Position numbers and translations under genes: made by a program. Below the pieces are notes generated by a model. That model saw only the letters and a program-made list of their open reading frames with translations, was not told the DNA's origin and searched no databases. Shown in pieces: positions 63,607-64,000 of a stretch of 64,000 nt of DNA. Each line of letters begins with the position of its first letter. Within the stretch, counting starts at the first letter, position 1. This DNA is from Scleropages formosus (lineage: Eukaryota), in contig NC_041813.1 of NCBI RefSeq assembly GCF_900964775.1, positions 31,864,960-31,928,959 of the forward strand, read 5' to 3'.

Positions 63607-63960
63607 TAAATAGCTACATTTATATTTATCAGATGCTTTTCTCCAAAGCGACTTCCAATGAACTCTATGTAGTGTTATCAACCCACACACCTTATTCACC
63701 AGGGTGGCTTACAGTGCCAGATACACTACTTACACTGGGTCACTCATTCATACATCAGTGGAACACACACACACTAGGGGTGAACCTGAACAGCATGTTT
63801 TTGGAGTGTGGGAGGAAACCCACACGGACGCAGGGAGAACATACAAGCTCCACACAGACTGAGTTGGAATCGAACCTATGTCCTCTTACTCCACCCAGGC
63901 ACTGTGAGACTGCAGTGCTACTCGCTGTGCCACCATCCGCTACACACATAAAACTTTATT
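63607..63960 (-). mobile_element. SINE (family B), minus orientation. Extends to the window end.
   Basis: The reverse complement of 63730-63960 aligns base-for-base with the 19340 element (gcggatggtggcacagcgagtagcactgcagtctcacagtgcctgggtggagtaagaggacataggttcgattccaactc...gggtttcctcccacactccaaaaacatgctgttcaggttcaccc). The tail at 63607-63700 is ...cattggaagtcgctttggagaaaagcatctgataaatataaatg. Confidence 0.7.
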
Positions 63961-64000
63961 TCTGAATGGACTACCAAGGCACCGAAAGTGTCCCGTAACA

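Overview
This window is vertebrate nuclear DNA, almost certainly from a ray-finned (teleost-like) fish, and not a prokaryotic or mobile-element system. The evidence is GT-AG introns, CpG-island promoters, AATAAA polyadenylation signals, abundant (CA)n, (CT)n and (GTGA)n microsatellites, and tRNA-derived SINEs with a teleost-type tail. It carries ten recognisable protein-coding genes. Most are orthologues of genes in the human 16p11.2 region, in this order: atxn2l (+), lat (-), spns1 (-), prrt2 (+), a tandem pair of fish-type C2H2 zinc-finger genes (+,+), doc2a (-), nupr1 (-), sgf29 (+), and the 5' part of nfatc2ip (+). Exon-intron structures were rebuilt by hand from splice consensus, reading-phase continuity and remembered protein similarity. 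Coordinates should be treated as +/-2 nt because no tools were available. I see no CRISPR array, operon, toxin or defence cassette, or other novel system. The observations most worth follow-up are: (1) the compacted and rearranged 16p11.2 synteny block, (2) the lineage-specific zinc-finger pair inserted between prrt2 and doc2a, with stuttering in-frame splice donors, (3) a strongly diverged LAT orthologue recognisable only by its hallmark motifs, (4) CpG islands carrying AAGATGGCGG (YY1-type) elements, one of which is a candidate non-coding first exon of lat, and (5) two gene models that cannot be closed cleanly (prrt2 N-terminal splice phase, and a doc2a N-terminal extension with no ATG). Note that the supplied ORF track uses alternative start codons: some listed 'M' are TTG or GTG (for example 425 is TTG and 46657 is GTG).
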